Shown in pieces: positions 52,172 through 63,309 of a stretch of 64,000 nucleotides of DNA (positions are counted from its first letter, which is position 1; each line of letters begins with the position of its first letter). A program made the translations under genes and the position numbers. The DNA lies in NCBI GenBank assembly GCA_018398765.1, contig JAHBMJ010000112.1, positions 1 through 64,000 of the forward strand, given 5' to 3'. This stretch comes from Chromera velia. Lineage: Eukaryota. Under the pieces are notes generated by a model. It saw only the letters and a program-made list of their open reading frames with translations, had not been told where the DNA came from and ran no database searches.

Positions 52172-53348
52172 TGTGTGTCTGTGTGTCTGTGTGTGTGTCG
52201 GTGTGTGAGAGAGAGAGAGAGGGAGGTGATAGGCTTCCATTGGAGTGTATCAGCTGTTCTCAGTATCTTCGGAGGTCGTTTGCTTCTTTTCTTCGTCGAC
52301 AACTTGCTGTGCAGATTCGTCTGTCTCTCTGCCCATGTGCTTTTTTCTATCTTTCTTTCTTTCTTTCTTTTTTTCTTTCTTTCTTTCCTTCTTGTGGAAG
52401 GACTGCTCTGCGCCCCCTTCGTGTTTGTGATATGCGAGTCCGTGTAAATGCGTGCGTTGAGCTAATTGACGCACGGGTTGATTGTCTCCAGTCGCGCTTC
52501 GCCTCTTCCTTTCTTTGTGCGGCTGTGTGTGTGTGTGTGTGTGTGAGGAGGTCTGAGGATGACCAAAAACTAAGACATGCAACCGATGCAGGGCGGGACA
52601 GAATTTCAATTTTGTGCCACCCCCTGAGGATAATTTGGCATGAGGCTGAAGATCCCTCGCACCACCCACAAAAGAGAAGAGAAGAGAAAAACAAACAGCT
52701 GGAAGAGAATGAAAAATTGCCAGCGAGCGTTTTCCCCTCGATGCACTGACCAGAAAGGATGCCCCCCCCATCCGTTAGACAAGTAAGAAGATGCATGTAT
52801 ATATACCCGCAGGTCCAGGTCAGTTCGAAGATAGATCCGAAGAGGAAGAGGAGGAGAACAAAGACGAGCAGATGGGGGGGCAGGAACAGGTCGAGTTTGA
52901 GGACAGCAGTGAGGAAAAGGAAGTGCAGAATGAGAGGGAACCTGCTTTTTCCAGCAGACGCAAGGAAAGCGGGCAATCAAGAGAAACGGAAAGGGGACGT
53001 GCACACTCGAGCAAAAGCAGAGATCCAGCAGCAGTCGAGGGACGAGCCGCTAAAGGCAAAGGCCTTCCAGCAGCAGCCGCTGCGGCGGGGGGTCCCCCCT
53101 TGCCGATGCATTCATCAGCTGAGAGAGACCGAAGGAGGACGAAAGAGAGAGAGGCCAGCGGGCCAAGGAGGGCAACTGCGTCGTCATCTGGGAAAGAAGC
53201 AAAGAAAAACAAGGCGTCGAGCTCCAGTTCCTCAAGGCAGCCCGATGCAAGAGCGCCTGAGAAAGGCAAGAAAAAAGAAAATAAAAGTGGTTCATCAAGC
53301 AGTGCGCGCGGAAAATCACGTCAGGCACCGATTGTCATTGACGACTAA
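50367..53348 (+). CDS. C1D: C1D / Rrp47 nuclear exosome cofactor (Sas10/Utp3/C1D family) with long charged C-terminal tail (6 exons)
   Basis: Exons about 50367-50496, 50589-50649, 51042-51097, 51382-51506, 51920-51994, 52813-53348 give LAIVASGLFFMALRTQGVDSKNHPVMKEIERVKVYSKKV and VDSDAAYRIVKFH, matching C1D/Rrp47 motifs. Confidence 0.85.
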
Positions 53349-53366
53349 ACGGTATTGATTGAATAG

Positions 53367-53804
53367 TACACCAATCCTGTAGGGTTACACAATCACTTTT
53401 TTCAAAATGTTTTGTTACACATTGTTTTGTTACACATTTTAATAGAATTTTGATAAATGAATTAGTACACACTTTAGTGTGCAGTAATTCAAACTATCAC
53501 TTTTAGGAATGTATTAAATACACACCATGTTTCATCTTCGTCTTCTTCTTCTTGTTCAGGACGGTTTGAGCGTACTGCTTTTGGAGCAATGGTGTCGTCA
53601 GCAACGCGACAGGGAGAACTTTTGAACACTGGAGGTAAGGGTAAAAAGAGTAGAGACGGGAGCAGGGAGGGTGCCATGAGAGAAACGGTGGATTTATCTA
53701 GAATTATTGCACATTAATTGTTACACACTTTTATATGTAACAAGGAGGGGGTCAGGGGTAATTGTTACACATTTAACTTTGTGTAACACTACAGAATTGG
53801 TGTA
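53367..53804. mobile_element. Non-autonomous TIR element, 438 bp, with subterminal GTTACACA repeats
   Basis: TIR TACACCAATCCTGTAGGGTTACACAA versus TACACCAATTCTGTAGTGTTACACAA (24/26). Flanks TTGAATAG / TTGAATAA (7/8 TSD). Confidence 0.85.
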
Positions 53805-54401
53805 TTGAATAACAATCAAATCCATGGAATATCAGTATATTACAGCCAAACATTAAAATTCATATAACAATCATTAAATAATGTATATTAATTTGAATTG
53901 AATTGAGACTATAGAATTAAGATTTTTTTAAATTTTACTATAGATGTAATATTGATTTCTTTGTTTGAAACATAATAGGATAGGATAATGCTTATATATC
54001 TAGCTTTGTATATATATATATATTATATATATATATATATATTTTATATATTAAGCAGGTGATAGTTAGTGCCAGTGATAATGCCACTAGACAGCCTATG
54101 CTAGCCCATACAGTATCTAACATTATTTTAAGTGCGTAATATTACCACGGTGATAATTTTAGCTTGTATATTTTACTTAGTATTTTACTCTAGATAGTGA
54201 AGAAGTAGTGAGTGTTTAAATTTTCAAAATAAAAAGATTTTACTGCTGTATTTTATTGCTTCTAAAATTTATATTGTAAAACTAGTAACTAGGACAGAAG
54301 GAAGAGATGAAAGACGTATAGGCCAGACGCTAGGAACAAACTTTAAGTCAATGCCCCCCCCCAAAACTAGTTATAAATTTATGTTTTATCGAGTATACCG
54401 T

Positions 54402-54840
54402 CATCGTCTGCAGAGGGTGGGATGTGTATGGGCAAACTTGAAGCTGCAAGGGAAAGTGTGGAGATCTGCGCAGCTTTCTGTGCAAACAAAACTATACATG
54501 TACAGGGGGACGGTCTAGGAGGCGGTCCTTCCTGCCACTAAAAAGTTCCTGCTCTCCTGTATGGGTCAGAGACATGGACAGCAACAGCAGCAGATATCTA
54601 GAAGCTCAAGAGTTGGCACATGGCGAGGGACTGAGGGTGCTAGTGAGGGTGAGGGCCGTGAGGCAGGTAGTCAATCAGCTAAGGAGGGAGAGGAAACCTA
54701 ATAGAGGTTGGGTAGACAGGGTGTATATAGAATAAATTCTCTAGACATACAGCACTGGCCGGGATTTATTTCTACGGTCTGATCTAGCTGACTATGAAGA
54801 CTCAGCGATGCTGCTGATCGGCGTCCACTACATGAAGTAG
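54402..54840 (+). mobile_element. Decayed LINE (RTE-like) post-RT fragment
   Basis: Translates as HRLQRVGCVWANLKLQGKVWRSAQLSVQTKLYMYRGTV then VPALLYGSETWTATAADI*KLKSWH, the LS..TK..Y...V..LLYGSETW motif found after LINE RT domains. Stops and indels present; the 3' boundary is approximate. Confidence 0.75.
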
Positions 54841-56446
54841 TATCAGTCTAGTACCTTATTCCATTGCTGTCCTTTGGACCTCTATCTTTCAAGTCTGTCT
54901 TTCTCAATTAGTTGAATCGACTGCTTCTCAGTACATCAGACTGATTGCATGCTTCTGCATATCGCTATTAATTCTGTATAAAATCTCTATACACATGCAA
55001 AGAATTAATTCCTTCAATACAGAGCTCGCGACTGCACATACGGCGCGGCAAGATCTGCGCCACTTTGGTCCCTCAACACTTACACGCACCACTAGAAATG
55101 GATCAATTAGAAAAGAATGAGTACGTGCGATCATAGAAAGAAGCCTGTATGTGCACCTTCTCAAGGTGAATAGAGAAGCTCAAAAAGGGCAAGAAATCTC
55201 AACTTCCAACAAAACCGGACTTGGATAGTACCATCAGGAAAGAGTGTAAGCTTCTCACTCTTAAGTGGCTTATCAGACAGAGCCGTCTGCGATGGCTCGC
55301 AGGCATGTTGCTATCATGTTGCTCGGATGTCCGACTACAAGCTACCAAAGCAGGTACTTTTCGATCATATTGAGGGGAAGAGGTAATGTTAAACACACAT
55401 AAAGCACCATATACATAAGTAATGAGACTAGCAATTATAAATGAGTATGTATGGATATTGTTAGTAAGTTGTTGTGTAAACGTAACTTTAATTAAAATAA
55501 ACTGACAAAAAAGTTAATGATTACTACTGTGTACTACTAGTAGTATTTAGAGTAGTTTACATAATTAAGTTAATTTTTTATTTATGCAGTCATTGCAGTT
55601 GCTTGTATCCAAGCCTGGCAAACCAGTATTATCTAACACACTAGCTAGGTGCGAGTTGTCGAAGTTGCCTGAAAAGTGAAATTGAAGCCCATATAACAAG
55701 GTTCTGCATTTTAGATTAGGTAACCATGAGGAAGCGGCTGAGCTGCGGCTCCCGGCCAGTAAAAAAGTTAGTAAGTGTTGTGTTTCGCCTTCCAGGGCCG
55801 ACGCGCAGGTTGCATTCCCGCCTCAACGCGCCTTGCCGGGCCTGGAGCTTTCTAGGGCCGCGTGATCGACTCGCCCGTCGGACCGCAATTATTTCATCCC
55901 ACCAATGCTCACCTAATCAGAGTTCGATCAATCAGAATAATATTATACTTCTAGCTTTTGTCCTTTCGTTTCATCTGACAGTCCTTGGACTCTGTGTATG
56001 GCCTAGTATGGCCTATGCAGCTTTATGTTCTTATGTAACGCTAGCCACCTTTCTAGCTATACCATTGTTAGCGTCCTCATTGGACATAAGAGTAAGTACT
56101 CTTAGTTGCACTTCCCGATGACTATTTTTATTCTTTTCTCATTATATCAGTGTTGTACAACCAATTTATACAAATTTTTGGTATAGAAAATTAAAATTGA
56201 TAACCAGCGTTGCATTGTGAGGTTGTAGGCATTGTCAGAGCTGCACGTAGTGTGCGCATGTCGAGCGTATGGCGCATATGTATGTGCATGCATGTATTAT
56301 ATTAAATAGTTCGCATGCAATTCAATTCAGAAGTACAGTCTTGCCTGTGTGTAAGACTAAAGAGAAGTATGAACAATGCATGTCCGACTCTCAGATCTTA
56401 TAGCCCCATACGTTAGCAGCGCCATAACTCTATGTGGTAGCAGAGC

Positions 56447-57176
56447 CGTAAGGAGGTAATTCCTCTTCTCCTAAGTGAGCGCATTTAGTTCGGTTAGATC
56501 TCTACTACGGAAAGTCTGTCAGTTCAAGGTTCACTTCCAAAGTGCTTCTAGAAGCTTTGCAAGCAACTGTTGTTTACTTAATCCAGGCTATACGCAGCTG
56601 ACTGAATTAATTCCATTTTATTTCTATTTTATTTATTTCTCTTCTAATACAGACTGGCATGGCGGCGCCTCCATGAGCCTGCGTGCGTGTGTTGGTCTCT
56701 GAGCTGCGGGCGTCCCGTACGGCGGCGGTGCGCATTAGTTCGGCTCACCCCGGGATTGGCCGGTCCCGTGGCTCGCCTCACTATGTTATAAGGACAGAGC
56801 GTGTGGGACACACGCTCCAAGGGGCAGGGGCACATAATATAGTGAGGCGAGCCATGGGACCGGCCAATCCCGGGGTGAGCCGAACTAACGCGCACCGCTG
56901 CCGCACGGGACGCCCGCAGCTTAGAGACCAACACACGCACGCAGGCTCATAGAGGCGCCGCCATGCCAGTCTATATTAGAAGAGAAATAAATAAAATAGA
57001 AATAAAATGGAATTAATTCAGTCAGCTGCGTATAACCTAGATTGAGTAAACAACAGTTGCTTGCAAAGCTTCTCGAAGCAGTTTGGAAGTGAACCTTGAA
57101 CTGACAGACTTTCTGTAGTAGAGATCTAACCGAACTAAGTGCGCTCACTTAGGAGAAGAGGAGTTACCTCCTTACA
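56447..57176. mobile_element. Foldback element: about 342-bp inverted arms around a 44-bp spacer
   Basis: Arms 56448-56789 and 56834-57175 are reverse complements (16 mismatches by hand). Flanked by TGGTAGCAGAGC (56435-56446) and TGGCAGCAGAGT (57177-57188). Confidence 0.9.
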
Positions 57177-57444
57177 TGGCAGCAGAGTAGGTCGGTCAGG
57201 GACCAATCTATTCTGTTCATGATCAGAGACGAATCTCTGTGTCGTCAAATGGCAGACGGCAGGCATTCTTTCGCACCAGACGACGATCTTCTCTGAGTGC
57301 ATTGAGTCTGTTCGCTTTTCAGAGTTCTTGTAAGTCTTTCTCTTATTGTTGCGATGACGTTGAGGCCACATAGAGAAGTGGGCCCGATTTTCTGTGCAAT
57401 TGCGTTCCTCGTGAAGAGTGTAGAGGAACTGAAGGACGTCTCCG

Positions 57445-58539
57445 TTGCGACCCTGGATGACCGATACGAGTCTGTTTGTCTTCTTCTGTCCGGAGTCGCT
57501 GAAAAAATGTAGCGATGGTTGCCCTTGGGGTCTATGGGCAAGAAAAAATGCAGAGCGAGGAAGGGTTGCAAGCAATCGAAGGACATCATTCAGGAAGGTC
57601 GAGACGAAGAGCCGGAAAAGAAGAAGAAGACGCGTCGTGGTTTGCGTTTTTCGAAGACCCAATGGAGGACCCAGGAATAAGAAGGCCCTCGGACAGACAC
57701 ACAGCAAGAGAGATGGGGGGAAATCGGATAACGACCAGACTGCCTCCCCAGTGAAGCGGAAGGAAGCAGATGGGTTCAAGCCGCACAGACCTTTACACAC
57801 TCCGCATGCGCTTACAGACGACTGGGGACCCCAACGCCCTCAGAGTAATGTTATGGTGAGTGAACCCCAAACAGCAGCAAAGAGCTTCACAGTGACACCG
57901 GGTTTCCAGGGAAGTGACCAAGGAGGAGAGACCCTATTCGTTCAAACTGCAGGGACGACATTTGATTTTCAAGGGTACGGCAATGCAAGAGAATCTGAAT
58001 TCGAAGCAGTATTGCCGGTAGGTCTTTCCGGACACGAGGATGCAGACATGGGAAGCGGAGACAGTCAGTGGGAGATCAGTCAGAAAGCAGCATCCCTTTT
58101 CCCAGAGTCAGCGCCGTTCATTGCCAGAGAAACTGAAGTTACCCCCATGAAGATTGGGAAAATAGAACTGACCCGAAATGCAGGAAAGGCAGAGAGAAAG
58201 AGAGAGAAGCAGAGAGCAAAGAGAGGGGCAAAACAAACGGAAAGACATGCAGCGCTGCTGAACACGATCCGCTCAGCTCGCGCTCAAGATCATGAGATGC
58301 CTCACGGTGGAGTTCCGTATAAAGAGGGATTCAGTGCACAGACACCAGAAGTGGAGAGACGAGTTAGGCCTGTCTGCACTGGAATTCGATCAGGCCTGAC
58401 GGAAAGAGAAAGAGTGCAACTGGTATTCGAACGCCAAGAGCGAGAACATCCTGCTGCCTTAAACATGATAAGGCAGAACATGATGAGGCAACAGCGTTCA
58501 GGTGTGACCGAATGGAAGGGGTACAGCCGACAGTCTTGA
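57445..58539 (+). CDS. Intronless ORF of unknown function inside the LTR-like element (possible decayed gag-like or cargo ORF)
   Basis: 364-codon open frame, basic and low-complexity. No RT, integrase, protease or zinc-knuckle motif recognised; the 5' part may be frameshifted. Confidence 0.4.
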   Translation: MRPWMTDTSLFVFFCPESLKKCSDGCPWGLWARKNAERGRVASNRRTSFRKVETKSRKRRRRRVVVCVFRRPNGGPRNKKALGQTHSKRDGGKSDNDQTASPVKRKEADGFKPHRPLHTPHALTDDWGPQRPQSNVMVSEPQTAAKSFTVTPGFQGSDQGGETLFVQTAGTTFDFQGYGNARESEFEAVLPVGLSGHEDADMGSGDSQWEISQKAASLFPESAPFIARETEVTPMKIGKIELTRNAGKAERKREKQRAKRGAKQTERHAALLNTIRSARAQDHEMPHGGVPYKEGFSAQTPEVERRVRPVCTGIRSGLTERERVQLVFERQEREHPAALNMIRQNMMRQQRSGVTEWKGYSRQS

Positions 58540-60141
58540 GATCGGATTGAGGAGACGGTATTCACCCCACTGTAATAGTTCCATTTGCGTGTTCGATCAT
58601 CTGTTCCATGCATGGAGCCTATTTGTTTTTTTTTCAGCTGCGTCTGCCTTTGACTTCATCTACATGGCCGTGCGGACACGGCCTGGAGGAGAGGGGGCAT
58701 GTGTGTAGGTAGGAAAGAGGCAGTGCATCTTTGCCCCTCCACCTGAGCAGAAGTGAAATGCAGGATGGACAAGAAAAAGAGAGATGAGAGCATATGAGAG
58801 AGGAGTCAAAAGACACAAAAAGAAGAGAAGACAGAATATTCCAAATCGCCGGGCAAAAGCTTCAAACATCATCAGACGTCCCGAACCTGGTTCTGACAAT
58901 GCTTTATAGAGACATGCACGTCAAGCCTGATCGCTCTTGTCTTGTGAAATAAACCTTGCAACCCCTGTCTGAGTTTAACAGCTGAGTACATCCATATGAA
59001 AGTGTTGGGACGACATTCTGGGGGAGGTGGCACGTTGCATTGTGAGGTTGTAGGCATTGTCAGAGCTGCACGTAGTGCACGTATGTCGAGCGTATGGCGT
59101 ATATATATGTGCATGCATGCATTGTATTAAACGGTTCGCATGCAATTCAATTCAGAAGTACAGTCTTGCCTGTGTGTAAGACTAAAGAGAAGTACGAACA
59201 ATGCATGTTCGACTCTCAGATCTTATAGCCCCGTACGTTAGCAGCGCCATAACTCTATGACCAGTTTAGCAATCAGTTCAGTATTCACTAATATTAAACT
59301 TAATTACCAGCTTAAGAAGAAATATTTTAGGTCAATTAACTAGTCAACTAATAACTATTGTCTTATACTGTCTCACACAAAGCTAGTTGACATTTAAATT
59401 AATATAAATTGATGTAATATCAACTTAACCATCAACCAGTATATACATTGCAATCTGTTTGGTACCTCTTGGTAACATTGTTTAAAATTAAGCTTAGAAT
59501 TTCAAGTTTTTGTTGGCAAAATTGTTTCTGCAGCAGCATGCAGCACTATAGTTCATTAAATCAGTTTTGTTACCTGCAACCTAGTGGACACTGAGACAGT
59601 GGTTCCGAGTCTACTTCCGACACAGAGACCTGCTTCTATGTGTTGGTAGCAAAGTGACGAAACTCAGAGAGAGGGAAAAGGTTTCACAGCTACAGTGGGA
59701 TCCACTGAAAGTAAGCCTCAGTGAATGCTCAGTACTCTCTACTCGTACATCCTTCTCGACTCGTCCAGCTAGATCCGAGCTCCAACGAGGGAAGGCAAAC
59801 ACTCGCAGACCGCAGCGATCGATGCATGCAGAAAAAGAGAGGTGCCAAGTCACGTAAACAAAACACGCATGAAAAGGGGTTTAGGGCTTGATGACATACG
59901 CAGACTGATGCATGCATGCCAACCAATTCCTTCCATCAAGATCGATGCCTTCGGGTGCATGTAACCTTCGGGCAAGTCCAGACGACAAACTCGCATCGCT
60001 TATCCTCTCATCTTGAGTGGCCACTCCTTCGCGTGCATTTGAGGAGCTAGACGCAGAGAAACAAAATGAGGATCGAAAAGTTCCATCTGTCTCCTCACAT
60101 GCAGCACAAAAAAGTCGGATTAGAAAAGATCAGCAGCTCGA

Positions 60142-62406
60142 TCAGAGAAGGAATCTGGAGAGGTCGGCCTTCTTCAGCAGTTCACCGACGGACTCCCGCA
60201 CCTTCTCCGCCGAAATCGAAACCCTGCATGCATGCGACCAAAACGACGCACGGTCAGCCATTGCATCACACATTTGCAAGCACTGATCAGGGTTCAGATA
60301 GTTTCTTACGCGCAGGCGTGAAAGCGAACACACTCACGCAGATAGATATACAGGCGGACAATATTTTCGCTCTTTCTTTTTCTTTCCTGTTCTCTCCTGC
60401 ATGTCCTTCTCTGGACTCATTTCTGTCAAAACGGACGGACGATCGGACAGAAGGACAGGCAAACAAGCAAACAGACATAGCTGGAGATCGAGAACAAGCG
60501 CGAGAAGGAATGCAGAGACAGAGAGGGGAGAGAGGGCGCAGACAGCGAAGAAAACTATCGAAACGACATTATCTTTTGACCGACTGACTGACTGACTTTG
60601 TTCCTGCCTCCATTCGGGGTGCCTCGAAGGAGATCTCCTCGAGAAGCCTGAATGAATGAAGAAAGAGAAGAGGGGGGTGTAAGTAAGACAAAAAGGGAGA
60701 AAGAAGAAAAGAGGTCTACGATACAAAAGCGGGAGGAGATTTGAAACATACAGTGCCTGTCTGGCGATTCATCGCTTCTCAACGATGCTCTCTCTACACG
60801 AATTGCCCTCTCCTTTCTTGAGATTCCTGACTTTTCGACACACTACTCTGTAGCTGCAGAGGCAATAGCATGCGTTTGTACATGTACGCATATGCTAAAG
60901 AGAGAGAGAGAGAGAGAGAGAGAGAGCAAACTGACGAAATATTCTGTGCAAGGTACAGTATTCTCAGAAGGAGGGAGATTGAGTACTCGGATAATCACCC
61001 ACTGAGTGAAAAGCCGACGGTCTTTGAAGAAAAAAAAAGTGAATAAAAGTCAATACATCAACTATACATTTCTAATGATACTAATAAGTGTCAAACTCAG
61101 TGATGTGCTTAAGAATAATGGCACATTATGGCAGAGCCAATCGACTCATGCAAGAAAAAAGCGCTATTTCCGTTGTCTCACTGCGCCACTCACTAACTCA
61201 CCCACTCGCTCGCCCACTCCTTAAGCTACTCACTTTTCGAGAATCGTGTGGAGTCTTCTTGCCCCAATGTTGTCGATGTGGGTATTCACCTCCGTCGCAA
61301 CTGCAAAAACCAGTACTTTGGACAGTCGGTCACAAAGAACAAACCACACAGGCAGAGAGATAGAGAAGGGCGGACAGGGCCAAAGAAAAAGGAACGGCAA
61401 CGCATAGCCTTTTTTTTTTCTGAGTCTCTGCTGCCACTAAGCTTTCTGTGTCTCCCCCCGTCTCTTTCCAATGTAAGACACCAAAGGGTTCTTTTTTTTT
61501 TCTTGTCTGCCTTCTCTTGAACCCCGTCTTCCCGCTATCTCTCCCCTTATCCCTATCAGCCTCTTCTTGCCTCTCGCCTCACTCGACTGCACCCTCGCCA
61601 ATATCCTTCTCCACCCCCCTCACCTACACACGCAAATGCAGACACACCACACCGACCCTTTGCGATCTCCAGGATAGCCTCGTCTTCAAACGAGAGCTCC
61701 ACCTCCTCAGTTGCCAACAGAGCTGCAGAGGGAGGCGGAACAAATGAAAAAGGGGTCAACTAAAACAAGAGACAAAACGAAGAAAAGCCTGACCTTGGAG
61801 TAGAGAGAGAAGTAGTCAGAAGCGAGAAAGCAAAACGAGGAGGTAGCGGTAGAGAAGCCTCGGAGATCGGGGGGGTGAAACACGATCAGACTCCCAGTTT
61901 CCCTTGGCATGGAAAAATTAAACGAAACTCTGTATCAAAGTGAAAGCAGGATTGACCAACCCTGGTGTTGCCTGATCAGATTGTTGCGGGGCTCCTGAAG
62001 AATGCGCACCTGTACAGAGAAAGGGGGAGAACGGAGAGGGAATGGCGAAGGAAACAACCCAAGAAAAGAAAAGGGAAGTCATCGAACGAGGGAGGACGTG
62101 TTCTTCTGCATGCACTTGTCTTGGAGTCTTCTTCTAAAGAAACAACCCAAGAAAAGAAAAGGGAAGTCATCGAACGAGGGAGGGCGTGTTCTTCTGCATG
62201 CACTTGTCTTGGAGTCTTCTAAAGAAACAACCCAAGAAAAGAGAAGGGAAGTCATCGAACGAGGGAAGGCGTGTTCTTCTGCATGCACTTGTCTTGGAGT
62301 CTTCTTCTACAGCAACCCTCTGCTTTGAGTGTTCCTGCATGACCGCTCACCCTTCCCCTCTCCCTCTCCTTCCTTGACACCGTCTCGCACAAAATCAAAG
62401 AATACT

Positions 62407-62465
<59 letters not shown>

Positions 62466-63309
62466 NCCTTCCTTCCTTCATTGACCTTCCCCGTCTCGTT
62501 TCTCTTCTCTGCTCTCGTCTTGTCTTTCTGTCTCTCTGTCCTCCTCACAAGTATCTATCCCTTCCTCTATGCAATGATTTGATTGACCCCCCGTCTCCCT
62601 CCCTTCCTTCCTTCATTGACCTTCCCCGTCTCGTTTCTCTTCTCTGCTCTCGTCTTGTCTTTCTGTCTCTCTGTCCTCCTCACAAGTATCTATCCCTTCC
62701 TCTATGCAATGATTTGATTGACCCCCCGTCTCCCTCCCTTCCTTCCTTCATTGACCTTCCCCGTCTCGTTTCTCTTCTCTGCTCTCGTCTTGTCTTTCTG
62801 TCTCTCTGTCCTCCTCACAAGTATCTATCGCTTACTCTATGCAATGAATTGATTGACCCCCCGTCTCCCTCCCTTCCTTCCATTCTGACTGACGAAATCT
62901 TCCTCCTTCAGGGCCTGCAGCTCCACCCTGACAGGGAGGCGGCCCTGGAGCTCTGCCATCATGTCCGAGGGCTTCACAGAGTGGAACGCGCCTGCATGCA
63001 GGGAGGGATTGAAGGCAGATCGAGAGAGAGCCGTACAAACAAAACAAAACAAAAAGATCAAGCAAGCCAACGTCTGGGCGCACGTGCATGCGCGCGCGCT
63101 CACACTCACAGAGAGACAGAGAGGGAGGGAGAGAGGGAGAGATTCTGTCTCGCACTCAGGGAGAGGTACGCAAGCACATGCGCTCACGAAACGCGAAAGT
63201 CCACCGGACAGCATGTTCCATGCATGCATTGGTCGACACTTCCATGTGTGTCTCCTTCCTGCATGCTCACCTGAAGCGATGAACAGAATGTGATCCGTCT
63301 TCACGTTTC
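60142..63309 (-). CDS. hslU: ATP-dependent protease ATPase subunit HslU/ClpY, 3' exons only (gene continues beyond the window)
   Basis: Spliced exons give [117 protein letters not shown]...DLSRFLL*. Confidence 0.97.
62052..62308. repeat. Intronic 85-88-bp tandem repeat, 3 copies
   Basis: AAACAACCCAAGAAAAG...CATCGAACGAGGGA..CGTGTTCTTCTGCATGCACTTGTCTTGGAGTCTTCT three times. Confidence 0.92.
62468..62883. repeat. Intronic 135-bp tandem repeat, 3 copies (next to an N at 62466)
   Basis: TTGACCTTCCCCGTCTCG recurs at 62481, 62616, 62751. Confidence 0.92.

Larger units (their letters stand above)
56208..59259 (+). mobile_element. Non-autonomous LTR-like element (227-bp terminal direct repeats, 5-bp TSD, PBS-like and PPT-like sites, no pol)
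   Basis: Repeats 56208-56434 and 59033-59259 (215/227 identical by hand). ACCAG at 56203-56207 and 59260-59264. TGGTAGCAGAGC directly after the left repeat; GGGGGAGG at 59020-59027. Confidence 0.85.

Noticed and set aside
55730..55890. Structured ncRNA, tRNA or SINE in a GC-rich patch
   Set aside because: Only a weak imperfect stem, with no cloverleaf or A/B boxes recognised.
56475..57148. Paired 75-98-aa ORFs on both strands
   Set aside because: Mirror images produced by the palindrome, with no protein-like motifs.
56208..57176. Hammerhead or HDV-like ribozyme (retrozyme or Penelope-like) in the repeats or palindrome
   Set aside because: I found no CUGANGA...GAAA core and no convincing HDV pseudoknot by eye. 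An Infernal search would be decisive.
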